In this document: piece after piece, positions 41,428-51,393 of the stretch
Layout of the letters: each line of letters opens with the position of its first letter
How positions within the stretch are numbered: the first letter of the stretch is position 1
Source of the DNA: Candidatus Poribacteria bacterium
GTDB lineage: Bacteria; Poribacteria; WGA-4E; UBA9662
Length of the DNA: 64,000 nt
Assembly: GCA_036339735.1 (NCBI GenBank)
Contig: JAYZAL010000005.1
Location: 48,684 to 112,683 of the forward strand
Reading direction: 5' to 3'
Translations under genes and position numbers: made by a program
Notes under the pieces: generated by a model
What the model saw: the letters and a program-made list of their open reading frames with translations, nothing else
What the model was told of the DNA's origin: nothing
Databases searched by the model: none

Positions 41428-43284
41428 TTAAAACTCCTCTAACCAATTAATAATTTGTGTTTCTAACGAAATTGAACCAATATCAGTGGCAAATGTAAAA
41501 CAATCGTTTTTGTCAGCTACTTGGTAAAGATCAGCGATCCACTGGACTGGAAAGTGTTGCCCAGTATTTAAAAGATAGATTGGTCTTGGCACTAAAAGCG
41601 CCCCTGCTGTTCGAAAGTCCCCTACTCGTCTGATGCTGGGAATTGGTAATTGAGCAACAAAATCTTCATCATCTTCAGCATTAAACTTTTCTAAATCAAC
41701 AGCTAAATAATCTGCTGACGAGAAACCTGCGGCTAAAAGGGTGACAGGACCAGCTCCGTCCATACCAATTAAATTTAGCGATTTCAGATTACCATTTTCT
41801 TTTCGTATTGTCTCAACAGCAGCCAAAATGTCTTGACACCATAATGCCGAATCTAATCGATTGTATGTATTAAAGAATCCACTAGACGTGTCTCGTCTTG
41901 TGGGGTTTAATTGTAATCCGAAAATAGCATGCCTATCCGAACTAAGTTGATCAGCCAAAACACCAATTCGATTGTTTTGATGTACTATTAAAGTAGCCTG
42001 TTCTGTAATTGCTGGTTGGTTGAGTTTTCGGACCAAATTTACCGAATCCTTATATTGATCCGATAATGCCAAAGCATGGAGTAATCCTTGCCCCATTTCA
42101 GATTGAAAAGCTGTTAGTTCATTTATCGTATTTGGTTTTCTTGTTTCAATTGCAGCTTTTCCCAATTGTTTTAGAGATGCCAATAATTCTTCAGTACTCA
42201 AAGCATGATATGGAATGGATCGGTCATGGAATACTAAAAGATCTTCGTCAGATTCAACCGTAAAATCAACCTCAGTTAACTCCGATGAATCTTGAATTTC
42301 CAAAAGCCACTTAGCAAACCACTGATATACAGCTTCTCTACTGGCTTTATTATAATTGTGTTCGGCATCGATCTGAACTTGATGTATTTTATCGGTAGCC
42401 CCGAAGTGCTGATATATTGAACGAATAGCAGGATATTCAACATCAGGCGTATCCTTGGTCCAATCACCAGTAGCTGAGACTAGTAAAAGCGGTCGTGGAG
42501 CCATCATCGCACCTATTTCTATATTACTAAAGTCAAGCCGCAAGTTAGGAGCATTTTCACATAAGCAACCACCCTGCATATGTGCCGAAATCATGTTAAC
42601 TGGTGCTGATACCTTTATTCTATCATCGATAGCCATTAGCATGAAAGTCTGTGTGCCACCACCTGAAGCACCTGTACATGCAATACGATCAGGATCAACA
42701 TCAGGCAAGGTCTGTAAAAAATCAATGGACCGAATTGCATTCTGCAATTGTAAGCCCAGTAGACTAATACCCCAAATAGCCTCACTCTCACCATTAGGAA
42801 AAGATCGGTGATCAACCTGCTGACCACTGTCATTATATCCCACCATATCATAACTAAAGATAATGTATCCTTGCTTAGCAAAATTGATACACCGGCCAGG
42901 AATAGATCCACGTTCAATGTTCTCTAACCGACCCCGAGCCCAATGACCATGAGGGCTAACAATAGCAGGAAAAGGTCCATCTTTACCCCTAGGACGATAT
43001 AAATTCCCAGTACAAAAAAAACCAGGATAAGATTCAAAATATACTTTTTCGACTGTATAATCGTCCCGTTCAATTTTTCCAAATATTTGCGGATTTAGGG
43101 AAGATTTTAATAATGGATCAAAACTAGGGTACTGACCAGTACTAACTAAGATGTGTTGTTGAAGGTATTGACTCGTCTGTTCCCAAGTCGCAGCACTATA
43201 ATCAGGAAAGGGACGAACCGTATCGAGATTCTGAACAGGTGGGGCAAAACGCAAACCCTCAAGATCATTATTTTCGACCGACAT
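41428..43284 (-). CDS. Acetyl xylan esterase-like alpha/beta hydrolase
   Basis: VEKVYFES, PHGH, DRIACTGASGGGTQT nucleophile elbow, EHNY; start moved to ATG 43284 (RBS AAGGA). Confidence 0.85.
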   Translation of the reverse strand: MSVENNDLEGLRFAPPVQNLDTVRPFPDYSAATWEQTSQYLQQHILVSTGQYPSFDPLLKSSLNPQIFGKIERDDYTVEKVYFESYPGFFCTGNLYRPRGKDGPFPAIVSPHGHWARGRLENIERGSIPGRCINFAKQGYIIFSYDMVGYNDSGQQVDHRSFPNGESEAIWGISLLGLQLQNAIRSIDFLQTLPDVDPDRIACTGASGGGTQTFMLMAIDDRIKVSAPVNMISAHMQGGCLCENAPNLRLDFSNIEIGAMMAPRPLLLVSATGDWTKDTPDVEYPAIRSIYQHFGATDKIHQVQIDAEHNYNKASREAVYQWFAKWLLEIQDSSELTEVDFTVESDEDLLVFHDRSIPYHALSTEELLASLKQLGKAAIETRKPNTINELTAFQSEMGQGLLHALALSDQYKDSVNLVRKLNQPAITEQATLIVHQNNRIGVLADQLSSDRHAIFGLQLNPTRRDTSSGFFNTYNRLDSALWCQDILAAVETIRKENGNLKSLNLIGMDGAGPVTLLAAGFSSADYLAVDLEKFNAEDDEDFVAQLPIPSIRRVGDFRTAGALLVPRPIYLLNTGQHFPVQWIADLYQVADKNDCFTFATDIGSISLETQIINWLEEF

Positions 43285-43376
43285 AGTTGTATTCCTTAAT
43301 TTTTTGCTAGGAAGTAGTGTGAATGCACTAAAACACAGCATAACATATGCATAAAATAGATGGCAAGAATCGTACT

Positions 43377-43904
43377 TCAAGAAACGATGGTACTTGCTTT
43401 TCTCATCTTTTGTTCACGCTTTCTCCAAATAAAAATGAAGGACTTTGCTAAATCTGCGGTGCGACTAGTAACCCATTGGTTAACTTCCCGTATTGAAAAC
43501 CATCTGCCATCTGAGACTTCTTCTGGATGTAATTGAAATGGCCCCTGATGCTGGCATTCGTATAGCCAAACAAACTCTTGTTCAGTTTGAGGACAAGCAT
43601 CTAGTTTGAACAATTTCTTTGGTATTTCAGGCAAAAGTATTCCTAGTTCTTCCTTGGCTTCTCTAATGACAGCAGTATCATAATCTTCGCCAGTATCAAC
43701 ATGGCCAGAGACCGAAGCACCCCACTGACCAGGAGAGTAATCTTTTTTCATAGAGCGTTTTTGAAGGAATAGTTGTCCAGAATCATTAAAGATTAATAAT
43801 GAAACGGATCGGTGTCTTAAGCCTAGCTGATGAATTTTACAACGACTGTGTTGGCCAATTACTCGATCATACTGATCAACAATATCAAAAATTTCTTCAC
43901 TCAT
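43377..43904 (-). CDS. NUDIX hydrolase (IPP isomerase type 1/YfcD-like)
   Basis: HRSVS, LQKRS, SGHVDTGEDYDTAVIREAKEELG. Confidence 0.88.
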   Translation of the reverse strand: MSEEIFDIVDQYDRVIGQHSRCKIHQLGLRHRSVSLLIFNDSGQLFLQKRSMKKDYSPGQWGASVSGHVDTGEDYDTAVIREAKEELGILLPEIPKKLFKLDACPQTEQEFVWLYECQHQGPFQLHPEEVSDGRWFSIREVNQWVTSRTADLAKSFIFIWRKREQKMRKASTIVS

Positions 43905-44092
43905 AGTAACCTTGTATTATTCTCTTTGCTTAACTTTATTATATTCGGCATTCGTGTTTAGGCCTGATATGATCTTGCATTTCTTTGAAAATAATTGCTA
44001 TATTGTTAGCCTAAGTTGTACGTATTAAATATTTATTGATATTATGGGAATTTTGTACAGTAGAAAATTTCATAATCATGGGAGTGATTGGA

Positions 44093-44395
44093 ATGCGAGT
44101 TATTGCTGATTTATGTATAGTCCCAATGGGTGTTGGTGTGTCAGTTTCGAGTTATGTGGCAGCCTGTGCTGTAGTCATTCAGGAATCGGGTTTGTCTCAT
44201 CACCTACATGCTTATGGTACTAATATAGAAGGTGAGTGGGATACAGTATTTCGGACTATAAAAAAGTGCCATGAGGTAGTACATGAGATGGGAGCACCAC
44301 GTATCAATACCACTTTGAAAATCGGTACTAGGACTGATAGGCTGCAGACAATGCAAGATAAAGTGGAAAGTGTTGAACTCAAAATAGATCAATGA
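44093..44395 (+). CDS. MTH1187/YkoF-like thiamine-binding family protein
   Basis: ADLCIVPMG, SVSSYVA, HAYGTNIEGEWD, GTRTD; start moved to ATG 44093. Confidence 0.9.
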   Translation: MRVIADLCIVPMGVGVSVSSYVAACAVVIQESGLSHHLHAYGTNIEGEWDTVFRTIKKCHEVVHEMGAPRINTTLKIGTRTDRLQTMQDKVESVELKIDQ

Positions 44396-44408
44396 GCTAT
44401 TCTATTCA

Positions 44409-45143
44409 ATGCTGACCGTTACAGAGCTATCAAAAACGATTGCAGACCAAGAGATTTTGACAAACCTGTCTTTCGACCTTAGAGATGGCGATCGGCTGGC
44501 TGTGGTTGGACCCAATGGTAGCGGAAAAAGTTTGTTATTGTCAATGTTAGCGACCTTGGTTAAACCAACAAAGGGTAAAGTCCACTTTGATGGTCTGGAC
44601 ATGTGGTCTAATTTAAGTTCTATTCGCCCGCAGATTGGTTATTTGGCACCAGTACCGTTGCAAGCCTTGGACTCAATTCAAATGACCAACCTGACAGTTA
44701 TTGAGTATCTCAAATTTTATGCCCAGATTTACGGAATCAAAAAAAACATAAGATCTAGCTTAATCCAAGGTACACTGGAACTAACCGACTTGGTTTTGGT
44801 TAAAGACCAATTACTAGTGGAACTTTCTCTTGGCCAGCAAACCCGAACTGTTTTAGCTAAAAATGTTCTGCATGATCCAAAATTATGGTTATTAGACGAT
44901 CCTCTTTCTCAAATGGATCCTCACGGCCAAATTGAACTCCTCGAACTTATCATGGAATTGGGAAAAATGAAAAAAATGGTTGTCTTATCGACAAATCATC
45001 TAAATATAATTCAGGAAGTTTGTAATCGGGTGGCCATCTTGTATAAAGAAAAATTGGTATATTTTGGATCTATGCCATCCGATTTACCCTCTAGTTATCA
45101 ACAATTGGTAAAACCTGAAATGGTCGTAGATCCGACTAATTAG
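44409..45143 (+). CDS. ABC transporter ATP-binding protein with degenerate motifs
   Basis: GPNGSGKS Walker A; LSLGQQ signature; LLDDP Walker B; STNH switch. Confidence 0.85.
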   Translation: MLTVTELSKTIADQEILTNLSFDLRDGDRLAVVGPNGSGKSLLLSMLATLVKPTKGKVHFDGLDMWSNLSSIRPQIGYLAPVPLQALDSIQMTNLTVIEYLKFYAQIYGIKKNIRSSLIQGTLELTDLVLVKDQLLVELSLGQQTRTVLAKNVLHDPKLWLLDDPLSQMDPHGQIELLELIMELGKMKKMVVLSTNHLNIIQEVCNRVAILYKEKLVYFGSMPSDLPSSYQQLVKPEMVVDPTN

Positions 45144-45151
45144 AGATTTCA

Positions 45152-45859
45152 ATGGCAGTTATAATTCAGTTTGGATGCGGATTTTTATCTGCAATGGCAA
45201 TTTCTATCCCATTGATCTGGTGGTTGGGTTTTGGACAAGTTCGACACCCGTTAAGTATTGTCGGATCCATATCCATCTTATTAGCGAGTGTATATATTCT
45301 ACGTTCTAAAGGGATTGTCCAATTTGGTAAACGCCAAATTTGGATTCGATTTCACAGAATCTTAGCCAGTTTTGGGTTGACGCTTATTTTTATCCACGGG
45401 GCCTTCAAGCCTACTTACTGGTATTCTTGGTTACCTCTCACATTGGCTCTTGGTAGTCTAGTTACAGGTCTAATGATTTCGATAGCTAAGATTCGGGACA
45501 GAAAACGTATCCGACTGATTCACTCTTTTTTGTCCCCCTTTCTGCTGACAAGCATTGTCTTACATGGTATTAAAAAAATGGATCATGACAAATTTTTTCC
45601 CTTATCTGGAGAACACCAAGTAGCTTGTACCCAATGCCATACAGGTTCCAACTATATAGATTATACTTGTTTAACATGTCATGCTCATAATAACCCGGAA
45701 GTACTAGAGCCACATTCTATTCATGGTGTTATTCCTTATAACCCGACCTCAACCGATGTTCAAGTAATCGCTCAATGTCTTGATTGTCACCAGACCGAGA
45801 TTAATAAAACAGAATATGGGAAAAAACGTGCCAATTGGCATTATAACCCTTCATATTAA
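45152..45859 (+). CDS. Membrane protein with a C-terminal triheme c-type cytochrome domain
   Basis: About five TMs with intramembrane His residues, then CTQCH, CLTCH and CLDCH. Confidence 0.75.
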   Translation: MAVIIQFGCGFLSAMAISIPLIWWLGFGQVRHPLSIVGSISILLASVYILRSKGIVQFGKRQIWIRFHRILASFGLTLIFIHGAFKPTYWYSWLPLTLALGSLVTGLMISIAKIRDRKRIRLIHSFLSPFLLTSIVLHGIKKMDHDKFFPLSGEHQVACTQCHTGSNYIDYTCLTCHAHNNPEVLEPHSIHGVIPYNPTSTDVQVIAQCLDCHQTEINKTEYGKKRANWHYNPSY

Positions 45860-47687
45860 CCATATTTTTAGGTTCAGATTCGAAATCCTACTCTTTCTTC
45901 TTTGCTTGGGTTTGTTAAGTTGTCGAGCCAATGATAATTTTGTTAGCCAGACAACCAACAATATAATTACTTTTATGCCAACGGGGGTAGATATTGAATT
46001 AGAGAAAAGCAGTATCATAAAATCGATAACAGTTTTTGATGACAAACAAATTCAGATTAGCTCTATAGCTTTTTCCGGTCCACCAGCAAAAATAGAAAAA
46101 GTTTACTTCAATTGGTCATCAGGCAAGATTTATAGTTTCCGATTCCAAACAGAAACACAAATTTATTGGCAAAAAGAAACTGCACCCATAAAATCTCAGA
46201 AAGGTCGATTGGAACTTGGTATACCATTTCTTTCACCTAACTCAAATTTTAACAAAAATCAAAAAACACCTGTGATTTTGCTCCAAAAAGCCCAAACACA
46301 GTTATCTGTACAAATCACAAACGGAACGGTTGCATCATCGACCTATCACTTGAAAATTAAACTTCCAAATGGAATTCCAATCATTGTTAACGGACGATTT
46401 ACCTCTCCATATCAGAAATGGCATAATTACTACCCGATTCAAATAGAAAGTACTGTTCCCAATGGACATATCGTGGCCAATTTACAGATAAAGCCGACTC
46501 TTAAAAATGAGGGAAGAAATTGGAATACAAGTCAACGGATTTTTTTTCAAACTAAAACAATTGACGAATTACAGTCTTCTATTTCGATAGAAGAAGCTCA
46601 TCTACCAACCAGCGTATCTGGTGACTTATTAACCCATCTACAACCAAATACCCTTACACTACCCGGATACCTTGAGACCTTACTGCCACAGAAACATATA
46701 GATGATAGCTTCCCAGTTACCTTCCAAACCATCTACATTCGCAACAATCTGTCGGCAACTATACCAATCTTAGTTTCAGCAATGGTTCAGGAGAGGAATA
46801 CCAAGAAGCCAATAATTTTTCTTTCACCCCCTTCGGATGTTCGATCTCAAAAACATCAGAGCTTTTCGGTGATCAATTTAGAACCACTTACTAGCAATGC
46901 TGTAAGTCTACCTCTATATGTAAACCCGAATCTAACTCCTAAACCCGGTAATTACCAACGAAAAGTCCAAGTACAACTTTGGGGAGTAGAAACCATAGTT
47001 GATCAGGCCTTGTTCCCTTTGAAAATAATTTTGCCAAATCGATTATCCTTCTTAGTAACAGTATTAGCCACAATTTGGGGAATATTGGGGTTAAGTTATT
47101 TGATCGCCAATTGGGAACAACTGATAGCAAAACTTAGTAATAAAAATCTAATTCTAATTTCATTTTTCGGCGCCATTATCTTTGGATTTGTGAATCTACC
47201 ATCTACTTTTTTGATTAGTCTATCCAATTTTCTTTTAGGGCCTTTCTCTTTTCTTATCACCGCATTCTTTAACGAGATTTTGTACTTCACATTGCTAGTT
47301 GCATTATTGACAATAGTCCCTCAGAAGGGCACCATTATACTTGTTTCATCAGTTCGGTTTCTGCTCAATGGCATACTACTAGGGGCTATGTCTCCTATAA
47401 TATTGATCAATCTCTTTGTTTCAGTAACCGGACTTGAAATTGGATTTTGGCTAGCAGGTAAAGATTTAACCTCGCGCTTGAATTGTCTTATTTTAGCTAT
47501 ATTGTTTGGAATTTCCGATGCCTTAAGTACATGGGTTGACTTTCAGATTGGTATTACCTTTTATCGGCTATTTTATGCTGACTGGTATATTTGGTTGATG
47601 GTTGGGCTGGGAGGTTTTTTATACACGTTCATCGGTGTCTTATTAGGTGCTCAACTAGGACGTCATCTACAGAAGGTAGTCAACTAA
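45816..47687 (+). CDS. Large membrane protein: extracytoplasmic domain plus C-terminal multi-TM domain (possibly ECF S-component-like)
   Basis: Hydrophobic N-terminus with LLS-C, a beta-rich stretch of about 370 aa, then about seven TMs. Start codon uncertain. Confidence 0.6.
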   Translation: MGKNVPIGIITLHINHIFRFRFEILLFLLCLGLLSCRANDNFVSQTTNNIITFMPTGVDIELEKSSIIKSITVFDDKQIQISSIAFSGPPAKIEKVYFNWSSGKIYSFRFQTETQIYWQKETAPIKSQKGRLELGIPFLSPNSNFNKNQKTPVILLQKAQTQLSVQITNGTVASSTYHLKIKLPNGIPIIVNGRFTSPYQKWHNYYPIQIESTVPNGHIVANLQIKPTLKNEGRNWNTSQRIFFQTKTIDELQSSISIEEAHLPTSVSGDLLTHLQPNTLTLPGYLETLLPQKHIDDSFPVTFQTIYIRNNLSATIPILVSAMVQERNTKKPIIFLSPPSDVRSQKHQSFSVINLEPLTSNAVSLPLYVNPNLTPKPGNYQRKVQVQLWGVETIVDQALFPLKIILPNRLSFLVTVLATIWGILGLSYLIANWEQLIAKLSNKNLILISFFGAIIFGFVNLPSTFLISLSNFLLGPFSFLITAFFNEILYFTLLVALLTIVPQKGTIILVSSVRFLLNGILLGAMSPIILINLFVSVTGLEIGFWLAGKDLTSRLNCLILAILFGISDALSTWVDFQIGITFYRLFYADWYIWLMVGLGGFLYTFIGVLLGAQLGRHLQKVVN

Positions 47688-47747
47688 ATTTACAAAATGA
47701 TAGCAGATTGACGAAAATGTTATCCAATAATCATTCGTCATAATACA

Positions 47748-48743
47748 ATGGCCTTACTATCTCAAATATCGTTTAAAAACCCACTATTTCTTTTTCTAAT
47801 TTTACTTGTCCCTTTAGTATATTGGATACGCCCAAAAAAACCGACAGTTATAATCTCTGACCTAAATCTAACACAGGAGATACCAATTGGCTTTTGGGCT
47901 AAAGCTCGACCATTGTTATCGTTACTGAGAGGAATCATATTTTCTTTATTGATCATAGCTCTTGCTCGACCTCAGGTCCTTGACAGCCAAAGCAAAACGA
48001 GTAAAGAGGCAATTGATGTTTTTATAATTTTAGATGTTTCTGGCAGTATGATGGCCGAAGATTTTGAACCTGATAATCGATTGACAGTTGCTAAATCGGT
48101 AATCAACGACTTTCTAAAAAACCGAAAAGAAGACCGTATTGGTCTTATTGTTTTTGCAGGACAAGCCTTAACTATATGTCCCTTAACATTCGACTATCAT
48201 GTAGTAGGAGAAATTCTCGAAACTATCAAAGTTGGAATGATCGAGGATGGAACTGCTATAGGATCAGCTATTGCAACCACAGTTAACAGACTACGCAATT
48301 CAACTACGAGTAGTAAAATTGCAATCCTGTTAACTGATGGGGAAAACAATGCTGGCGAAATTACTCCGCAAACGGCGGCGGAAATAGCTAAACTCTTTGG
48401 TGTTAGAATCTATACTATTGGTATGGGTAAAGAGGGTGGAGCAAGGATTCCATACAATGATCCTATATTTGGCAAGCAATATCGAGAAATTAGAGTCCAT
48501 GTTGACGAAGAAACACTTAAGGAAATAGCTCAAACTACAAGTGGGACCTATTTTCGTGCCACGGATACAGCTAAATTAGAGTCTATTTATGAAGAGATTA
48601 ATCGGATGGAAACCACACAGATTGCAACGACTCATTTCCAAAACTATAGAGAAATTTCTATTGATTTTTTGCTTCCAATAGCCATGGTACTTCTATTACT
48701 CGAAATTATATTATCGCAAACTAAACTTCGCACACTTCCATAA
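47748..48743 (+). CDS. BatA-like vWA-domain membrane protein
   Basis: LIIALARPQ, LDVSGSM, DRIGLIVFAG, GTAIG, LLTDGENN, IYTIG. Confidence 0.9.
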   Translation: MALLSQISFKNPLFLFLILLVPLVYWIRPKKPTVIISDLNLTQEIPIGFWAKARPLLSLLRGIIFSLLIIALARPQVLDSQSKTSKEAIDVFIILDVSGSMMAEDFEPDNRLTVAKSVINDFLKNRKEDRIGLIVFAGQALTICPLTFDYHVVGEILETIKVGMIEDGTAIGSAIATTVNRLRNSTTSSKIAILLTDGENNAGEITPQTAAEIAKLFGVRIYTIGMGKEGGARIPYNDPIFGKQYREIRVHVDEETLKEIAQTTSGTYFRATDTAKLESIYEEINRMETTQIATTHFQNYREISIDFLLPIAMVLLLLEIILSQTKLRTLP

Positions 48744-48861
48744 ATTGCAGCAATAAAAAGTTGTTATTTGTGAAATTAATATTTTCGATGGTGGGTAGAT
48801 TGTACAATTAAGAACTTCTGCGAAGCATGAGTTTGACCAAAACCTTAGATTATAGAAATCG

Positions 48862-51312
48862 TTAAGATTTAGATACCTGTTGAATTACGATAGTAACTGG
48901 CGTACCTTTTTCCGGAATAGTTGTTGAATTTACACGAAAAGTCTGATCGTCAATCCCACCAGAAAGTGGATGATTGATAATTGTGTCAGGGTCCCGGTGA
49001 AGGGCAATAATACTTTGAGAGACTTGAGCGGTAAACTGATTATTTTTGATACGAGCACCAGTAAATACCCAATTGGTTCTCTGCATTTTTTGATTAGTAA
49101 GAGCATTCCAAACAAGATCTTCGGCAGATAAACGAATCATCTCTTTTCCTCTTTTCCAATCAACCCATACATGTAATTCGTCTCCAATCGGCCGGTGTGG
49201 ATCCCCTTGTACTGTTAGGTTCATACCTGGCGTCATATTCAGCCGTAATAAACCCAGCTGAATATGAATTGGTTCCGCTTTTACCATAATCAAACTCTCG
49301 TGAGTCTTACCTAGTTCAGTACAAGCAAAAAATTCCAAAATTGTACTAGGACTCACAATGTTAATCTGACCTGGTATTGACACAGTTTCTTCGGCGACGT
49401 TTACTAATACGGATCCAATCTGATATAGTTCAGATGATAATTTTTTGATAGACAGTTTAGAATCGATAGCTTTGGCTGACTTAGACCGAATATTTATTAT
49501 TGCTCTATCTTTGTTATTCTCACGATTAAGGTCAGCAAGGAAATTGTCAGGATCAACAAAGACGGAAATTGTGTTTTTCCCTTCAACTTTCGCTACCCAG
49601 TCTATGGAAATACTAGTTTCACGATATTTAGGATTTATAATTACTTCCTGCCGAGCAATTCTGTAAGATGAAGCCTTTTCGTTTTCTATGTAAAAGTCGA
49701 TGTTTATCAAACCTTCTGCACTCGCTCCCTTGTTACAAATAGTAACCGAGAGCTGCATTGGCTCACCAACCCTAGGCGAAGGAGGAGAAAAACGAAAAGT
49801 TTCAGGAACAACCCCCAAATCCGGCTGAACTGGTTCTGGAAGAGAATGAGACAAAAAGAGAAGTGCGAAACAAGTAGTAGGAAAATAGTCTTGAAAGTCA
49901 ATCCATTGACCGTTGGGCTTCTGCTCGCTCACCAACATATTGGCAATTTCTTGATACCAGTCATATCCGACGAGTTGATCCAACTTGGGTGGAATATCAC
50001 AGAACCTTTGTAGTGCAACTAAATAATAGTAGTGCCAAGCAGTCGAACCCGGGTTACGATTAATTGTCCAATAGCGACGAATCCACTCTAATCCTCTCTG
50101 AATTTGACTATCTTCAATTGAAACACCACAAGCACGCAAAGCCCATAAGCCGGTAGCAGTCATACTACCATACACACCATCAGCCCAAGGTGAGCCACTG
50201 TCAACCAAATTATACAACCATCCACCCGTATCAGTTTGATTCCGACGAATCCAAGCTTCCGCTTTTTCCCAAGTTTCTTTCGGTATAATTAAGCCCCATT
50301 GTTTGGCCGCATAAAGTGCATAAATAACCATATTCATATGTGCACCGTCAGCAGTTGATCCATACCCCCAACCTCCATTGTCTCTAGGGTCGGAGTATTC
50401 ATCACCACCTACCGGTAACTGTTTTTTCGCAATTTGGTCAACAGAAAATTGAGCGAGCTTCCGATACTTCGCATCACCAGTGGCAACCAAAGTCGGTACA
50501 ATAATCGCATGTTGGTAAACTTCAAACTGGTTCCAGTCTTCGTTGACTAAAAAACTCAAGCCTTCCTGAATAGCTTGGTCATCCAAAGGAGGTTGTCCAA
50601 GTGCTTTACGTGCTGAAATAAGAGCCAAAAGAGCTATGGCCGTTTCTTGCCGGCTTTCCTCTCCAAAATCCCAAGCAGGACCAGCTTTTTGGTCTTCAGG
50701 TAATCCTTTCAAGGTTGCGCCACAAATAACACAGCTAAGAATTAGTTGGTTTTCTGTACCACATTGGAAACAGGTGCGGCTGTGTCTGCCTTGTTGCGAT
50801 TTTATCCAGTCAATTCCCTTCTGGATCGTAGAATGAATTTCATCAGTAGTGGCTGAGGGAAAAACCCGAGGTTCTGCGTTGATTGTTATAAACGCACGGT
50901 TATTATCTTGATTGGACTCGGCAATATGTTTCTTCTGGTTAGATGGGTTCACTTCAGCGTGAATTTGGGTTTGCCCGACAGGTACACGCCAACGAGCTAC
51001 AAACTGTTTTGTTTGTCCTGGTTCTAAACCAATAATAACTTGCCGACACATAATCTGAATGGGATTACTTCTAGGTTCCCCCTCGTATAAGTTCAGAATA
51101 AGATCCTCATTTAGCGTAGGAGCTCCCAAACCAATATTAGTGACATCAATAAAAACTGATATTTCCTGACCATCCGTTGGTGAGTTGTTGGAAAAGGAAA
51201 AACTTTCGGTGGTAATCTGGAAATCGGGTAAAGGTAAGCTTTGGGTCAAACCAGAAATAGAAAAGGCCAAAAAGCACAATGACAGTGAAACTCTGGCAAG
51301 GTAAAAAAACAC
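48862..51312 (-). CDS. Secreted multidomain protein: CARDB, prenyltransferase/squalene-oxidase-repeat barrel, CARDB, YdjY-like domain
   Basis: Two CARDB-like motifs (AES..DNN and VDPDN..ENN); QW-type repeats (GGWGY, NQTDTGGW.Y, EQKPNGQW); C-terminal LEFFAC..KTHES..WVFTG; GTG start chosen at 51312. Confidence 0.7.
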   Translation of the reverse strand: MFFYLARVSLSLCFLAFSISGLTQSLPLPDFQITTESFSFSNNSPTDGQEISVFIDVTNIGLGAPTLNEDLILNLYEGEPRSNPIQIMCRQVIIGLEPGQTKQFVARWRVPVGQTQIHAEVNPSNQKKHIAESNQDNNRAFITINAEPRVFPSATTDEIHSTIQKGIDWIKSQQGRHSRTCFQCGTENQLILSCVICGATLKGLPEDQKAGPAWDFGEESRQETAIALLALISARKALGQPPLDDQAIQEGLSFLVNEDWNQFEVYQHAIIVPTLVATGDAKYRKLAQFSVDQIAKKQLPVGGDEYSDPRDNGGWGYGSTADGAHMNMVIYALYAAKQWGLIIPKETWEKAEAWIRRNQTDTGGWLYNLVDSGSPWADGVYGSMTATGLWALRACGVSIEDSQIQRGLEWIRRYWTINRNPGSTAWHYYYLVALQRFCDIPPKLDQLVGYDWYQEIANMLVSEQKPNGQWIDFQDYFPTTCFALLFLSHSLPEPVQPDLGVVPETFRFSPPSPRVGEPMQLSVTICNKGASAEGLINIDFYIENEKASSYRIARQEVIINPKYRETSISIDWVAKVEGKNTISVFVDPDNFLADLNRENNKDRAIINIRSKSAKAIDSKLSIKKLSSELYQIGSVLVNVAEETVSIPGQINIVSPSTILEFFACTELGKTHESLIMVKAEPIHIQLGLLRLNMTPGMNLTVQGDPHRPIGDELHVWVDWKRGKEMIRLSAEDLVWNALTNQKMQRTNWVFTGARIKNNQFTAQVSQSIIALHRDPDTIINHPLSGGIDDQTFRVNSTTIPEKGTPVTIVIQQVSKS

Positions 51313-51353
51313 TACCTTCCCCTTCAAATCGAAATTAAGATGAATAAATGCAG

Positions 51354-51380
51354 CGTGTTGCACAAAATCTGTGCAACACG
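51354..51380 (-). terminator. Perfect 11-bp stem-loop after the propeller gene
   Basis: CGTGTTGCACA-aaatc-TGTGCAACACG. Confidence 0.55.
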
Positions 51381-51393
51381 TTAATCGGAGTTA

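Noticed and set aside
43285..43380. ORF-track N-terminal extensions (esterase; likewise nqrE, pfkB, GT4, MTH1187, CARDB protein)
   Set aside because: Downstream starts have better RBS or stop-start coupling and match the expected family N-termini.
43905..44092. TPP riboswitch ahead of the thiamine-binding family gene
   Set aside because: No CTGAGA or ACCTGA core; the region is an AT-rich divergent promoter spacer.
48862..51312. Squalene-hopene cyclase
   Set aside because: Single barrel, secreted, and lacks the DxDD motif.
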